36,549 nucleotides of DNA from Candidatus Effluviviaceae Genus IV sp. Lineage in GTDB: Bacteria > Joyebacterota > Joyebacteria > Joyebacterales > Joyebacteraceae. The stretch spans positions 1-36,549 of the forward strand of contig WJLY01000224.1 in NCBI GenBank assembly GCA_014728245.1, written 5' to 3'. How positions within the stretch are numbered: position 1 is the first letter of the stretch; the number at the start of each line of letters is the position of its first letter. Below are positions 27,993 through 36,513 of this stretch, piece after piece. The notes beneath the pieces are model-generated. The model did not search any database, was not told where the DNA came from, and was given only the letters and a program-made list of their open reading frames with translations. A program made the translations under genes and the position numbers.

Positions 27993-29246
27993 CTAGCCCG
28001 TCATATAGAGAGGGGCCATGAAGTCTGAAGCTATGACGTCGGTCGCCGCGAGCGTGGCCACGATGAAGCCTATGATCAGGAGGACGCCCACGATGAACTT
28101 GGCCGTGTCCTGTCCCTTGAGCCCGCCGAGGAGCACCGGCTCCCTCGACAGGTAGGCGCTCGCCGCGTACAGCTCCTCGCCGATGATCGTGTAGTCGCAA
28201 GACGTGATGAAGAAAGGAAGCTGCGTCACCGCGTCCGTGCCCGCGATCTGAATCGAACCTACGGACGCGCCGGTCTCGGCCAGCACCAGCGACTCGGCGA
28301 AGAACATGCCCATGTAGAGAATCGTGGCCGGGCGCTGTCGGACCATGATGCCGTTCACGCCGGCCACGTATGCGAACTGGCTTCTCGTCAGGTAGAAGAC
28401 GTCGTCCTCGCTGTAGGCCTCGGGTCGTCCCACCTCCGCGTAGGCCTCACGCACGACCTCCTGCTCGACCGCCATGACGATCGGGTCGGCGCAGGGGACG
28501 ATCAGCCTCGTGTTGTACTCGGCCGTCTTCTTGGCAACCTCGCCAAGAATATTGATGGCCGCGATCGTGGCCACATCCGAGATCGACGACAGCCCGCTGA
28601 TGTAGAGGATCGGCTTCCCCATCTCTGTGGCGCGGCCCACCGCGTTCTCGAGCTCGTCGAGGCCTGCAAGGCGCCGGATGAAGAGCTCCTTGCCCGCGCG
28701 GGCCGAGTTCACGAAGTAGACGATCGCCGTCACGAAGATGATGACGCCGATCAGGACGTTAACCCGGTCGGTGTTAAACCACTGGGGGAACGACGAGGTC
28801 GGACCCGCGATCTCCGAGAACGCGTAGCTCTCCCCGTCTGTGGCGGCGACCCTGTGGTAGTACTCGAGATCGTTGTCGAGACCGGTGTCCCTGTACTCCG
28901 TGATACCGGGAGGCACTCTCCCCGCGAACGCGAACCCCGTGTCAGGATCGGTCGTCCGGTAGATCTCGTACGAGACGATCTCGCCCTCCGGCTCGTCTAC
29001 GGATGGCTCCCATGAGACCACCACGGCGCCGCCGCGGTCGTTCTCCGCGTCGACCGACACCAGGCCGGTCGGCGGAGCGAACGTCGGAGCCGCTACGGTG
29101 TCCGCCTTGACGTCCTCCACGTCGGCCTCGTCCTGGGCGAACACGCCCGCCGGACACAGAAAGAGGGCCGCGAGCGCCAGGAACAAGGCGAATACGGCCC
29201 AACCGGCGGATCTTGCAGGGGTCGAGCGCTCCCCGTCTGCGAACAT
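27993..29246 (-). CDS. Signal peptide + FN3 + TM + DUF6754-like domain protein (cassette gene A, copy 1)
   Basis: Paralog of 24254..25468; AVGRATEMGKP, GEELYAASAYLSREP; ATG 29246 after GAAAGGA. Confidence 0.82.
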   Translation of the reverse strand: MFADGERSTPARSAGWAVFALFLALAALFLCPAGVFAQDEADVEDVKADTVAAPTFAPPTGLVSVDAENDRGGAVVVSWEPSVDEPEGEIVSYEIYRTTDPDTGFAFAGRVPPGITEYRDTGLDNDLEYYHRVAATDGESYAFSEIAGPTSSFPQWFNTDRVNVLIGVIIFVTAIVYFVNSARAGKELFIRRLAGLDELENAVGRATEMGKPILYISGLSSISDVATIAAINILGEVAKKTAEYNTRLIVPCADPIVMAVEQEVVREAYAEVGRPEAYSEDDVFYLTRSQFAYVAGVNGIMVRQRPATILYMGMFFAESLVLAETGASVGSIQIAGTDAVTQLPFFITSCDYTIIGEELYAASAYLSREPVLLGGLKGQDTAKFIVGVLLIIGFIVATLAATDVIASDFMAPLYMTG

Positions 29247-29322
29247 CAACCATTCCTTTCGCTAGTCACGAACGGCGGGGGGCGCCGTTCCGCGGCTCGC
29301 GCGTTCCAGCAAGTGAAATCGG

Positions 29323-29351
29323 AAAGTAGCAGACTCCTTACCGACTGTCAA
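29323..29351 (-). promoter_or_regulatory. Sigma70-type promoter with extended -10 upstream of the duplicated cassette
   Basis: Minus strand TTGACA (29351-29346), 17-nt spacer ending TGC, TACTTT (29328-29323). Confidence 0.62.
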
Positions 29352-29421
29352 GCCATTTGTCGCCGTCCCGCCCGCCGAAACGCCCTCCGGGGGGCGACTC
29401 ATCCGCCGGCGGTCGCAACCG

Positions 29422-30549
29422 TCACCGCTCGATCATCTCCACGTTGGCGCGCGGCAGCAGCACCTCCTGTCCGTCGTCCAGCTTCACGGAGAGAACGCGC
29501 ACCATCGTCTCGGACTCCATCTTCCGGAGCTCGTTCGGCAGATCGACGACCTCGCCCAGGCTCCCGAAGTTCGGCTCGCGGATCACCCTGATCCTGCTCC
29601 CGACGTCGAGCCCCATCGAGGCGACGTGACCCTTCTCGACCTCCTCCTTCCGAACGCCCTCCAGTGGAACCACTATCTCGGGCCTGATGACTCCGGCTCT
29701 TATCTGGGTCGCGCCGTTGATCGACGCCTTGCGCCCCTCGCGCGACCTGAGAAGGTCGAACGTGGCCGGGGCCATGGACATCTCGCCGAAACCCTCTGTG
29801 AGGATCAGCGTTGAGCGAAGGTCCTCCTGCCCGGTTATGGCCACGCCGATGTCTTTCCCGAGAAGCTCCCGGAGATCGGGATCGTCGAATCCGCCGACCA
29901 CGACGCCCGACGCGCCGACCTCCATCGCTCTCTGCAGCGCATCCCACGTCACGTGAGATCCGCCGACGAGCACCTTGTCCTCGCACGAACCGTCGATTCG
30001 CGAGGCGTCGAGCGGATCGGCCGGCCCGTCAACGAGGACCTTGATCTCCCCGGTCCGCTCTCCGCCGACGCCGAAGATCCCCTGGATGAATGAGCCGACC
30101 GTCTCGACCACGACTCCCTCTTCCTCGATGATGTCCACCACCTTGCCGTCGATGTAGGCGTCAATCTCGATGGGGGTCGGAGGCTCGCGGAAGATCGCCT
30201 GCCCGGTGATCTTCGAGACGCTCTCGAGCGTACCATCGCACGGCGCCGGCACTCTCGACTTGAACAGCCCGAAGAATCCCTGCGTCTCCGCGACCGCCTC
30301 TCCCTTCCCCACCTTCTCCCCGTCCTCCTTCTTCATCACGGTCGGGAGATCCTCCGCGGGAATGCCGAGCTTGCTCGCAATATTGAGAAGCTGCACGTTG
30401 CCCGGAAGGTGCGTGCGGGCGACGACCGTGTCCGACCTGACATCGTCGCCCTTGTTGACTAGGACTTCTCCCTTGATGGGCAGCCTCCGGTCCTTCCTGA
30501 AGACCGTGAGCTCGGCCACCTTGAGTCCCGGTGTGTACGCGTGTGCCAT
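29422..30549 (-). CDS. Uncharacterised soluble protein with barrel-sandwich-hybrid-like repeats and a KOW/SH3-like C-terminus
   Basis: LVNKGDDVRSDTVVA, KEDGEKVGKGEAVAE...APCDGTL, AYIDGKVVDI half-motifs; LTEGFG; GSRIRVIREPNFGSLGEV. GAGGAG RBS. Confidence 0.78.
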   Translation of the reverse strand: MAHAYTPGLKVAELTVFRKDRRLPIKGEVLVNKGDDVRSDTVVARTHLPGNVQLLNIASKLGIPAEDLPTVMKKEDGEKVGKGEAVAETQGFFGLFKSRVPAPCDGTLESVSKITGQAIFREPPTPIEIDAYIDGKVVDIIEEEGVVVETVGSFIQGIFGVGGERTGEIKVLVDGPADPLDASRIDGSCEDKVLVGGSHVTWDALQRAMEVGASGVVVGGFDDPDLRELLGKDIGVAITGQEDLRSTLILTEGFGEMSMAPATFDLLRSREGRKASINGATQIRAGVIRPEIVVPLEGVRKEEVEKGHVASMGLDVGSRIRVIREPNFGSLGEVVDLPNELRKMESETMVRVLSVKLDDGQEVLLPRANVEMIER

Positions 30550-30621
30550 CTTCTACTCCTCGGTTCTTCCTCAGTCGGCGCCGCTCCACAGAGCCATGGT
30601 TTCTGCGTCCGGGAGGCCGCG

Positions 30622-32424
30622 CTACTCGGTCGGGTAAGCGTCGAACGCCTTCGCCCAGCGCTCCAGCCTGGCGATGCGCTCCTTCTCGTCGGTCGGGAGC
30701 TCGAACGGCCTGCCCCTCGTGTCGACCATGAGGCCCACGACTCCGCCCGACACGGTGCGTTCGACCGGCTTCGCCGGCCCGTCTCCCAGATCGAAGCCGC
30801 GCGCCGGCGAGAGCTTGATCTTCGCCTTCTCGTCGATACCCAGCGGGTAGGCCCGCATCTCGCCGTACGGGATCTCCTCACTGACGCTCGATCCGTCGGG
30901 CATCGTCGCCTCGATCTTGACACACGGCTTGCCCTCCTGTGACGTCCCCACCGGGGCGATCAGCGGTCCCAGATGTATCAGGCAGTCCTTCTCGAAGACC
31001 TCGGTGGCCGCCTTCTGGTGGACCTCGGCGAGCACGCCGAGCTGCGGCATCATGAAGATCGAGTCGACCGCCAGCCTGGTTATGCCCTCAGGCAGGAAAC
31101 CGTCGATCAGCATCATGGCCGCCTGCTGCCTCCTGGGCGCGTGCGAGAGGACCCCGCCGGACCCCACCAGGATGTCCAGGTCCATCATGTCGACGAGCGT
31201 AGCGCCGGACGACGACTGGTCGAAGGCCTCCGAGATCGTCCTCTCCTGCTGCACACCCTTCAGGCTCACCGCGAACGACTTGTGCTGCTCGAAAGCGAGC
31301 CTCAAGGCCTCCCTGGCAATCGCCTGCTCGAGCTTGAGGTCGCCGAGCGCCTGAGGAACGGTCGTCGGCCGGATCATCTTGTTCTTGATCCGGTTCCGGA
31401 CCTCCAGCTCGCCCAGACCGAACGGGACCCACCTCATCACGTTCTCGATCCCCGCCTCGGCCAGCACGTTCGAGACCGAGTAGCTCATGCCGAGGTTGGC
31501 GGAGACCGTCCTGTTGAACGTATCCTTGAAAACGGAGAATACGTCGGTCGTGGCGCCGCCGATGTCGACTCCGACCGCCTCGATCCCCTGCTGCTTGGCG
31601 ATCGTCTCTATGAGCGAGCCGACCGCGCCCGGAGTGGGCATGATGGGAGCGTCGGTCCAGCCCATCAGCTTGTCGTACCCCGGCGCCTGGGCCATCACGT
31701 GCTCCATGAAGAGATCGTGTATCTTGTCCCGCGCCGGCCCCAGGTTTTCGCGCTCGAGGACCGGCCGGAGGTTCTCCACGTTGTAGAGCACGGTCTTTTC
31801 CTCGAGGAGCTTCCCGACCTCCTCACCGGCGTCGACGTTGCCCGCGTAGATGACGGGCAGGTCGTAGCCCGTGCCGAGCCGCGGCTTCGGATCGGCGGCC
31901 GATATGATCTGCGCAAGCTCGACCACGTGGGTGATGGTGCCACCGTCGATGCCCCCGGAGAGGAGGATCATGTCGGGCCGGAGGTGGCGGATGCGCTCGA
32001 TCTGCTCGTGCGCCAGCCTCCCGTCGTTCGAGGCGAGCACGTCCATCACGATCGCACCTGCGCCGAGCGCCGCGCGCTGCGCGCTCTCGGCCGTCATGCT
32101 CATCACGACGCCCGCCACCATCATCTGCAGGCCGCCTCCCGCGCTCGAGGTCGAGACGTAGAGATCGACGCCCCGCTCTCCGTCGTTCGGGTGTATGATC
32201 TTCTCTCCCTCGAGGACCTCGTGTCCCGAGAGCTCCTCCACCTCCCGGATCGCGTTCAACACTCCTCGGGTCACGTCCTCGAAGGGCGCCTCCACCGTGG
32301 TGGGGGCCTCTCCCCTAACGATCAACCTGTACTCGCCGTCAACGAGCTTGATCAGGATCGCCTTCGTCGTTGTGCTGCCGCAGTCAGTGGCGACGATCGC
32401 TCTGACCTTGCCGTTCTCACTCAT
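30622..32424 (-). CDS. glmL: GlmL (glutamate mutase L)-like ASKHA/actin-fold ATPase with C-terminal extension
   Basis: DCGSTTTK (phosphate 1), TSSAGGGL, ALGAGA, PDMILLSGGIDGG, MPTP, VDIGGATTDVFS (phosphate 2), RTVSANLGMS, GSGGVL. ATG 32424 overlaps the upstream stop. Confidence 0.8.
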   Translation of the reverse strand: MSENGKVRAIVATDCGSTTTKAILIKLVDGEYRLIVRGEAPTTVEAPFEDVTRGVLNAIREVEELSGHEVLEGEKIIHPNDGERGVDLYVSTSSAGGGLQMMVAGVVMSMTAESAQRAALGAGAIVMDVLASNDGRLAHEQIERIRHLRPDMILLSGGIDGGTITHVVELAQIISAADPKPRLGTGYDLPVIYAGNVDAGEEVGKLLEEKTVLYNVENLRPVLERENLGPARDKIHDLFMEHVMAQAPGYDKLMGWTDAPIMPTPGAVGSLIETIAKQQGIEAVGVDIGGATTDVFSVFKDTFNRTVSANLGMSYSVSNVLAEAGIENVMRWVPFGLGELEVRNRIKNKMIRPTTVPQALGDLKLEQAIAREALRLAFEQHKSFAVSLKGVQQERTISEAFDQSSSGATLVDMMDLDILVGSGGVLSHAPRRQQAAMMLIDGFLPEGITRLAVDSIFMMPQLGVLAEVHQKAATEVFEKDCLIHLGPLIAPVGTSQEGKPCVKIEATMPDGSSVSEEIPYGEMRAYPLGIDEKAKIKLSPARGFDLGDGPAKPVERTVSGGVVGLMVDTRGRPFELPTDEKERIARLERWAKAFDAYPTE

Positions 32425-32800
32425 CCGCACCTTCCTTAAGCGCTTTCGCGGCGCGACGCTCCTCGCGCCTTCGTTTACGCTCCTCGCGCTCCTTCTTGCG
32501 GCGCTCGGACTCCACTTCCTCTATCTTCAGAAGGAGATACTCGATGTTCTCCCTTTCCTCAAGTATCTCGATGAACTCGTCGTAGGTCTTGAAGTTGAAG
32601 ATCGACTGCACGATCGGCTGGAAGAATATGAGCGCCTGGTTCCCGAGAAACGAGAGCGGCTTGGCCGACTCCAGGAACAGTATCGCGGGCGCCGTCATCC
32701 TCCATTCCACTATCCTGGCGGCGAAACGATCCATGATCTCCCGGTGCTCCGGGCGGGGGCGCTCCTCATTGCTCCTGTCCTTCATCGCCCACATCGGCAT
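32417..32800 (-). CDS. Small hypothetical protein
   Basis: Overlaps both neighbours; PAILFLESAKPLSFLGNQ core, LEERENIEYLL, charged tail. Start uncertain (32800 or 32785). Confidence 0.75.
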   Translation of the reverse strand: MPMWAMKDRSNEERPRPEHREIMDRFAARIVEWRMTAPAILFLESAKPLSFLGNQALIFFQPIVQSIFNFKTYDEFIEILEERENIEYLLLKIEEVESERRKKEREERKRRREERRAAKALKEGADE

Positions 32801-33212
32801 CGGTCTCTCTCCGCCTCTCCACCATCTTCCTCACGAACTCGATCACTTCTTCGCGGTTGTCGTGGAACTGCAGCGACAACCCTCTGAACCTGGCCAGCCT
32901 CGACGGCTCCTCGAACGGGGAGAGCAGCACTCCGTCCTCGTCGACCGAGTAGCTCCTGAAGTCGCTCCAGCGCTTCTCCCTCTTCGACACCACTCCCTTG
33001 ACCGACACCGTCTCCTCGGTCAGCTCATACCGGGTGGGGAGGAAGAACCCCGCCACCTGCCCCCAGACCAGAGCCACCGCGACGATCGTGAAATAGCCGG
33101 CGTTGAGCCAGGTCTGGAGGAACCACGCCGTCAGTACGACGAAACCTATCGCGACCGCCGCCCTGAGCGGGTGAAGCACCATCGGCCATGAGCGCCAGGA
33201 GAGCGGCTCCAC
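32766..33212 (-). CDS. Hypothetical membrane protein (2 TM plus a bacterial PH-like beta domain)
   Basis: Two hydrophobic helices, then FLPTRYELTEETV...KRWSDFRSY...VLLSPF; starts 3 nt after the gcvPB stop. Confidence 0.72.
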   Translation of the reverse strand: MEPLSWRSWPMVLHPLRAAVAIGFVVLTAWFLQTWLNAGYFTIVAVALVWGQVAGFFLPTRYELTEETVSVKGVVSKREKRWSDFRSYSVDEDGVLLSPFEEPSRLARFRGLSLQFHDNREEVIEFVRKMVERRRETDADVGDEGQEQ

Positions 33213-33215
33213 CGG

Positions 33216-34706
33216 CTACTCGTCCTCCCACACGACGTCCAGCTCCCTCGCCGCGCGGGCCTCGTCGAGACGGCCGACGGGCGTTTCGACGGGCGCTCCG
33301 GTCACCGCTTCGGGGTCCTCTCGTACCTCGTCGGCGATCCGTCGCATCGCCGCGATGAACCCGTCGAGCGACCGCCTGCTCTCCGTCTCCGTCGGCTCGA
33401 TCATGAGCGCCTCTTTCACGATCAGAGGGAAGTAGATCGTCGGCGCGTGCAGGCCCATGTCGAGCAGGCGCTTCGCCACGTCCAGGGCCCTGACGCCCTC
33501 TTCCTTCTGGCGCGAGACCGACAACACGAACTCATGCTGGCATCTGCCGCCGTACGGAAGCTCGTAGACGTCTCTCAGACTCTCCTGCAGATAGTTCGCG
33601 TTCAGAACGGCGTTCTCCGCAACGCGCCGGAGCCCCGAAGGACCGAGAGAGAGTATGTAGGCGTAGGCCTTGACCATCACCAGGAAGTTCCCGTACCACG
33701 AGTGCACCTTCCCGATCGATCTGGGCCTGTCGTAGTCCATGTAGTACTCGACGCCGCCCGTCCGTCGCTCGTCCCTCGCGGGAAGCGGTCCCGGCAGGTA
33801 GCCGGCGAGCGGGGACTTCACCCCGATCGGGCCTGAGCCGGGGCCGCCGCCCCCGTGCGGAGCCGAGAACGTCTTGTGCAGATTGAAGTGCATCACGTCG
33901 AAACCCAGGTCTCCGGGACGCACGACGCCCAGCGACGCGTTCAGGTTGGCGCCGTCGAGATATGCGAGGCCGCCCGCATCGTGGACGATCCCGGTCAGCT
34001 CGTCGACGCGTCGCTCGAACACGCCGAGCGTGTTGGGATTCGTGATCATCACGCCGGCCGTGTCCTCGTCCATGAGCTCGCGCAGGCGTTCGATGTCGAC
34101 CCTGCCGTCGGGCCCCGACGCCAGCTCGACGGGACTGAATCCCGAGAGCGCGAGGCTGGCGGGGTTGGTGCCGTGGGCCGAATCGGGCACGATCACCTTG
34201 GTCCGCCTCTCCCCTCTGTCGCGCATCACGGCGCGGAAGATGAGCATGCCCGCCAGCTCTCCCGAAGCGCCGGCGGGCGGTTGCAGGCTCACCGCGTCCA
34301 TGCCTGAGATCTCGCACAGATGCCGGGAGAGATCGTACATGAGGGCGATCGCCCCCTGGCACTCCGAGGGCTCCGTCTCGGGATGCAGCCGCGTGAAGCC
34401 TCGGAGCCCGGCCACCTCCTCGTTGATCTTGGGGTTGTACTTCATCGTGCACGACCCCAGCGGATAGATCGCCTTCTCGATGTGGTGGTTCATCTCGGCG
34501 AGCCTCATGAAGTGCCGGGCCACCTCGGGCTCGGTAAGTTCGGGGAGAGCGGGCGGGGCCCCTCGCAGGTTCTCCTCGCCGAACGCCTCGGCCGGATCGA
34601 TCGGCTCGACGTCCGGCTCGGGTAGTCGCCACTTCCCTCGCCCGGGCGAGCTGAGCTCGAAGACCGTGGGCTCCGGCGCCCGCTTCTCTCGCAAGAGAAC
34701 TGTCAC
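33216..34706 (-). CDS. gcvPB: Glycine dehydrogenase (decarboxylating) subunit 2
   Basis: YPLGSCTMKYNPK, SAHGTNPAS, TNPNTLG, PLP-lysine motif HFNLHKTFSAPHGGGGPG, MIEPTETES. Confidence 0.97.
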   Translation of the reverse strand: MTVLLREKRAPEPTVFELSSPGRGKWRLPEPDVEPIDPAEAFGEENLRGAPPALPELTEPEVARHFMRLAEMNHHIEKAIYPLGSCTMKYNPKINEEVAGLRGFTRLHPETEPSECQGAIALMYDLSRHLCEISGMDAVSLQPPAGASGELAGMLIFRAVMRDRGERRTKVIVPDSAHGTNPASLALSGFSPVELASGPDGRVDIERLRELMDEDTAGVMITNPNTLGVFERRVDELTGIVHDAGGLAYLDGANLNASLGVVRPGDLGFDVMHFNLHKTFSAPHGGGGPGSGPIGVKSPLAGYLPGPLPARDERRTGGVEYYMDYDRPRSIGKVHSWYGNFLVMVKAYAYILSLGPSGLRRVAENAVLNANYLQESLRDVYELPYGGRCQHEFVLSVSRQKEEGVRALDVAKRLLDMGLHAPTIYFPLIVKEALMIEPTETESRRSLDGFIAAMRRIADEVREDPEAVTGAPVETPVGRLDEARAARELDVVWEDE

Positions 34707-36058
34707 CTGCCGTCCCCCTGTTCCACGACCGCCCTTATCGCCGAGGTAAGCGTGTCAACGTCGTGTTTCCCGTGCGTCTCGGATACCGACACCAGGAGGC
34801 AGTCGTCGAGCCCCTCATAGTAACACCCGCAGGAGAGGCCCGGCCAGATCCCCGCCTCTGCGAGCTCAGCCTTCACGCGACGCGCGTCGAAGGGCAGCCT
34901 CACGGCGAACTCGCGGAAGAACGGCCGGGGGAACCTGAGCGAGACGCCGTCTATCCGCGACAGGGCCGCCGCCGCGTAATGCGCCGTCGACGATACGCGA
35001 AGCGCCAGCTCGCGGAGCCCGCGCGCCCCGAGGAGCGACATGTACACGGTCGCTCCCAGGGCGACGAGCGCCTGGTTCGTGCAGATGTTGGATGTCGCCT
35101 TCTCCCGTCTGATGTGCTGCTCGCGTGTCTGTAGCGTCATCACGTAGCCACGTCGGCCGTCGGCGTCCTCCGTCGCGCCGATTATCCTTCCGGGCATCTT
35201 CCTGAGGTACTTCCGGCGTGTCGCCATGAAGCCCAGGAGCGGACCGCCGTAGCCCATCGGCGCGCCGAGCGACTGCCCCTCGCCGACAGCGATGTCGGCG
35301 CCGTATTCGCCCGGCGGAGAGAGCAGAAGAAGCGATAGCGGATCGACCACGGCCACGAGCAGCGCGCCCGCGGAATCCGCCTGCCGCCCGAGCTCCTTCA
35401 TGGGCTCGAGCGACCCGAAGAAGTTCGGATGCTGAACGATCAGCGCCGCCGCCCCGCTCAGGGCCTCTGCCGCCGAGGCGGGATCGGTCGCTCCTTCTCC
35501 GACGGGAAGCTCCTCGATCTCGACGTCGAGCGAGGACACGTACGTCCTCAGCACGTCGCGGAACATCGGAGACAACGTGCCCGCAACCGCCAGCTTCCGC
35601 CTCTTCCTGACGTCGACCGCCATGAGCGCCGCCTCCGCCGTCGCAGTGGCGCCGTCGTAGAGCGACGCGTTGGCCACCTCCATGGCCGTGAGGCGCGCGA
35701 CCATCGTCTGGAACTCGTAGATCGCCTGGAGCGTGCCCTGGCTCGCCTCCGCCTGGTACGGAGTGTAGGCCGTGTAGAACTGGGGCATGCCGGTGATTCG
35801 GGAGACCGCGGCCGGGACGTACGTGTCGTAGACCCCACCTCCGAGGAAGGACAAGACGTCGTCGGCGGTCCGGTTCATGCTCGCGAGCTTCATCATGTGG
35901 CGATGAAGCTCCTGCTCCGAAAGAGGGCCCGGAACGTCGAGCGGGCGCCCGAGCCGTAGGTCTTCGGGAATGTCCTCGAAGAGCTCGCCCGGGTCCTTCG
36001 CCCCGATCCGACGGAGCATGTGCTCGCGGTCGCTGTCGGTGTTGGGAACGTACGGCAA
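34703..36058 (-). CDS. gcvPA: Glycine dehydrogenase (decarboxylating) subunit 1
   Basis: SFLGGG, TAYTPYQAEASQG.LQ, NASLYDGAT, LQTREQHIRREKATSNICTNQ. TTG start. Confidence 0.97.
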   Translation of the reverse strand: MPYVPNTDSDREHMLRRIGAKDPGELFEDIPEDLRLGRPLDVPGPLSEQELHRHMMKLASMNRTADDVLSFLGGGVYDTYVPAAVSRITGMPQFYTAYTPYQAEASQGTLQAIYEFQTMVARLTAMEVANASLYDGATATAEAALMAVDVRKRRKLAVAGTLSPMFRDVLRTYVSSLDVEIEELPVGEGATDPASAAEALSGAAALIVQHPNFFGSLEPMKELGRQADSAGALLVAVVDPLSLLLLSPPGEYGADIAVGEGQSLGAPMGYGGPLLGFMATRRKYLRKMPGRIIGATEDADGRRGYVMTLQTREQHIRREKATSNICTNQALVALGATVYMSLLGARGLRELALRVSSTAHYAAAALSRIDGVSLRFPRPFFREFAVRLPFDARRVKAELAEAGIWPGLSCGCYYEGLDDCLLVSVSETHGKHDVDTLTSAIRAVVEQGDGR

Positions 36059-36065
36059 GAGCGGC

Positions 36066-36437
36066 TTATCCCTTCGTGTATTCCTCGTACTCCGAGGCGG
36101 TCATCAGGCCGTCGAGCTCGCCTGGGTTCTCGAATTCGATTCGGAGGATCCAGCCGGCCCCCTGGGGGTCGCTGTTTATCGCGCCCGGCTCCTCCTCGAG
36201 GTTCTCGTTGACGGCCGAAACCTTCCCCGAGAGCGGCGCGTAGATCTCACTCACGCTCTTGACCGACTCGACCGTCGTCAGGCTCTCGCCCTGTGACACG
36301 TCGGTCCCGACCTCGGGCAGCTCGACGAACACGATGTCGCCCAACTCGCCCTGGGCGTAGTCGGAGAGCCCTACAGTCGCCTGATCGCCTTCGACCCTGA
36401 CCCACTCGTGCGTCTTAGCGAACTTGAGATCGTCCAT
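36066..36437 (-). CDS. gcvH: Glycine cleavage system H protein
   Basis: HEWV, GLSDYAQGELGDIVFVELP, lipoyl-lysine motif VESVKSVSE, INSDP..GW. Confidence 0.98.
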   Translation of the reverse strand: MDDLKFAKTHEWVRVEGDQATVGLSDYAQGELGDIVFVELPEVGTDVSQGESLTTVESVKSVSEIYAPLSGKVSAVNENLEEEPGAINSDPQGAGWILRIEFENPGELDGLMTASEYEEYTKG

Positions 36438-36513
36438 GGAACCCCCGTCTTGTGGATCCGCGGCCGTCCCGTCGCCCGTCCCGCTGGAGCCGCGGGCAGG
36501 GCCCGGCCGTCGG

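Larger units (their letters stand above)
22045..29246 (-). repeat. Tandem duplication of a four-gene cassette (A-B-C-D)x2
   Basis: 25557..29246 and 22045..25468 carry the same four families in the same order, with clear protein-level similarity. Confidence 0.92.

Noticed and set aside
22045-29246. Respiratory or ion-translocating complex (Rnf/Nqr/Mrp/Ech) or ABC permeases
   Set aside because: No Fe-S cysteine clusters, heme ligands, FMN-attachment motif or EAA loop were recognised.
30622-32424. DNA mismatch repair MutL
   Set aside because: Name overlap only; the motifs are ASKHA-type, not GHKL.
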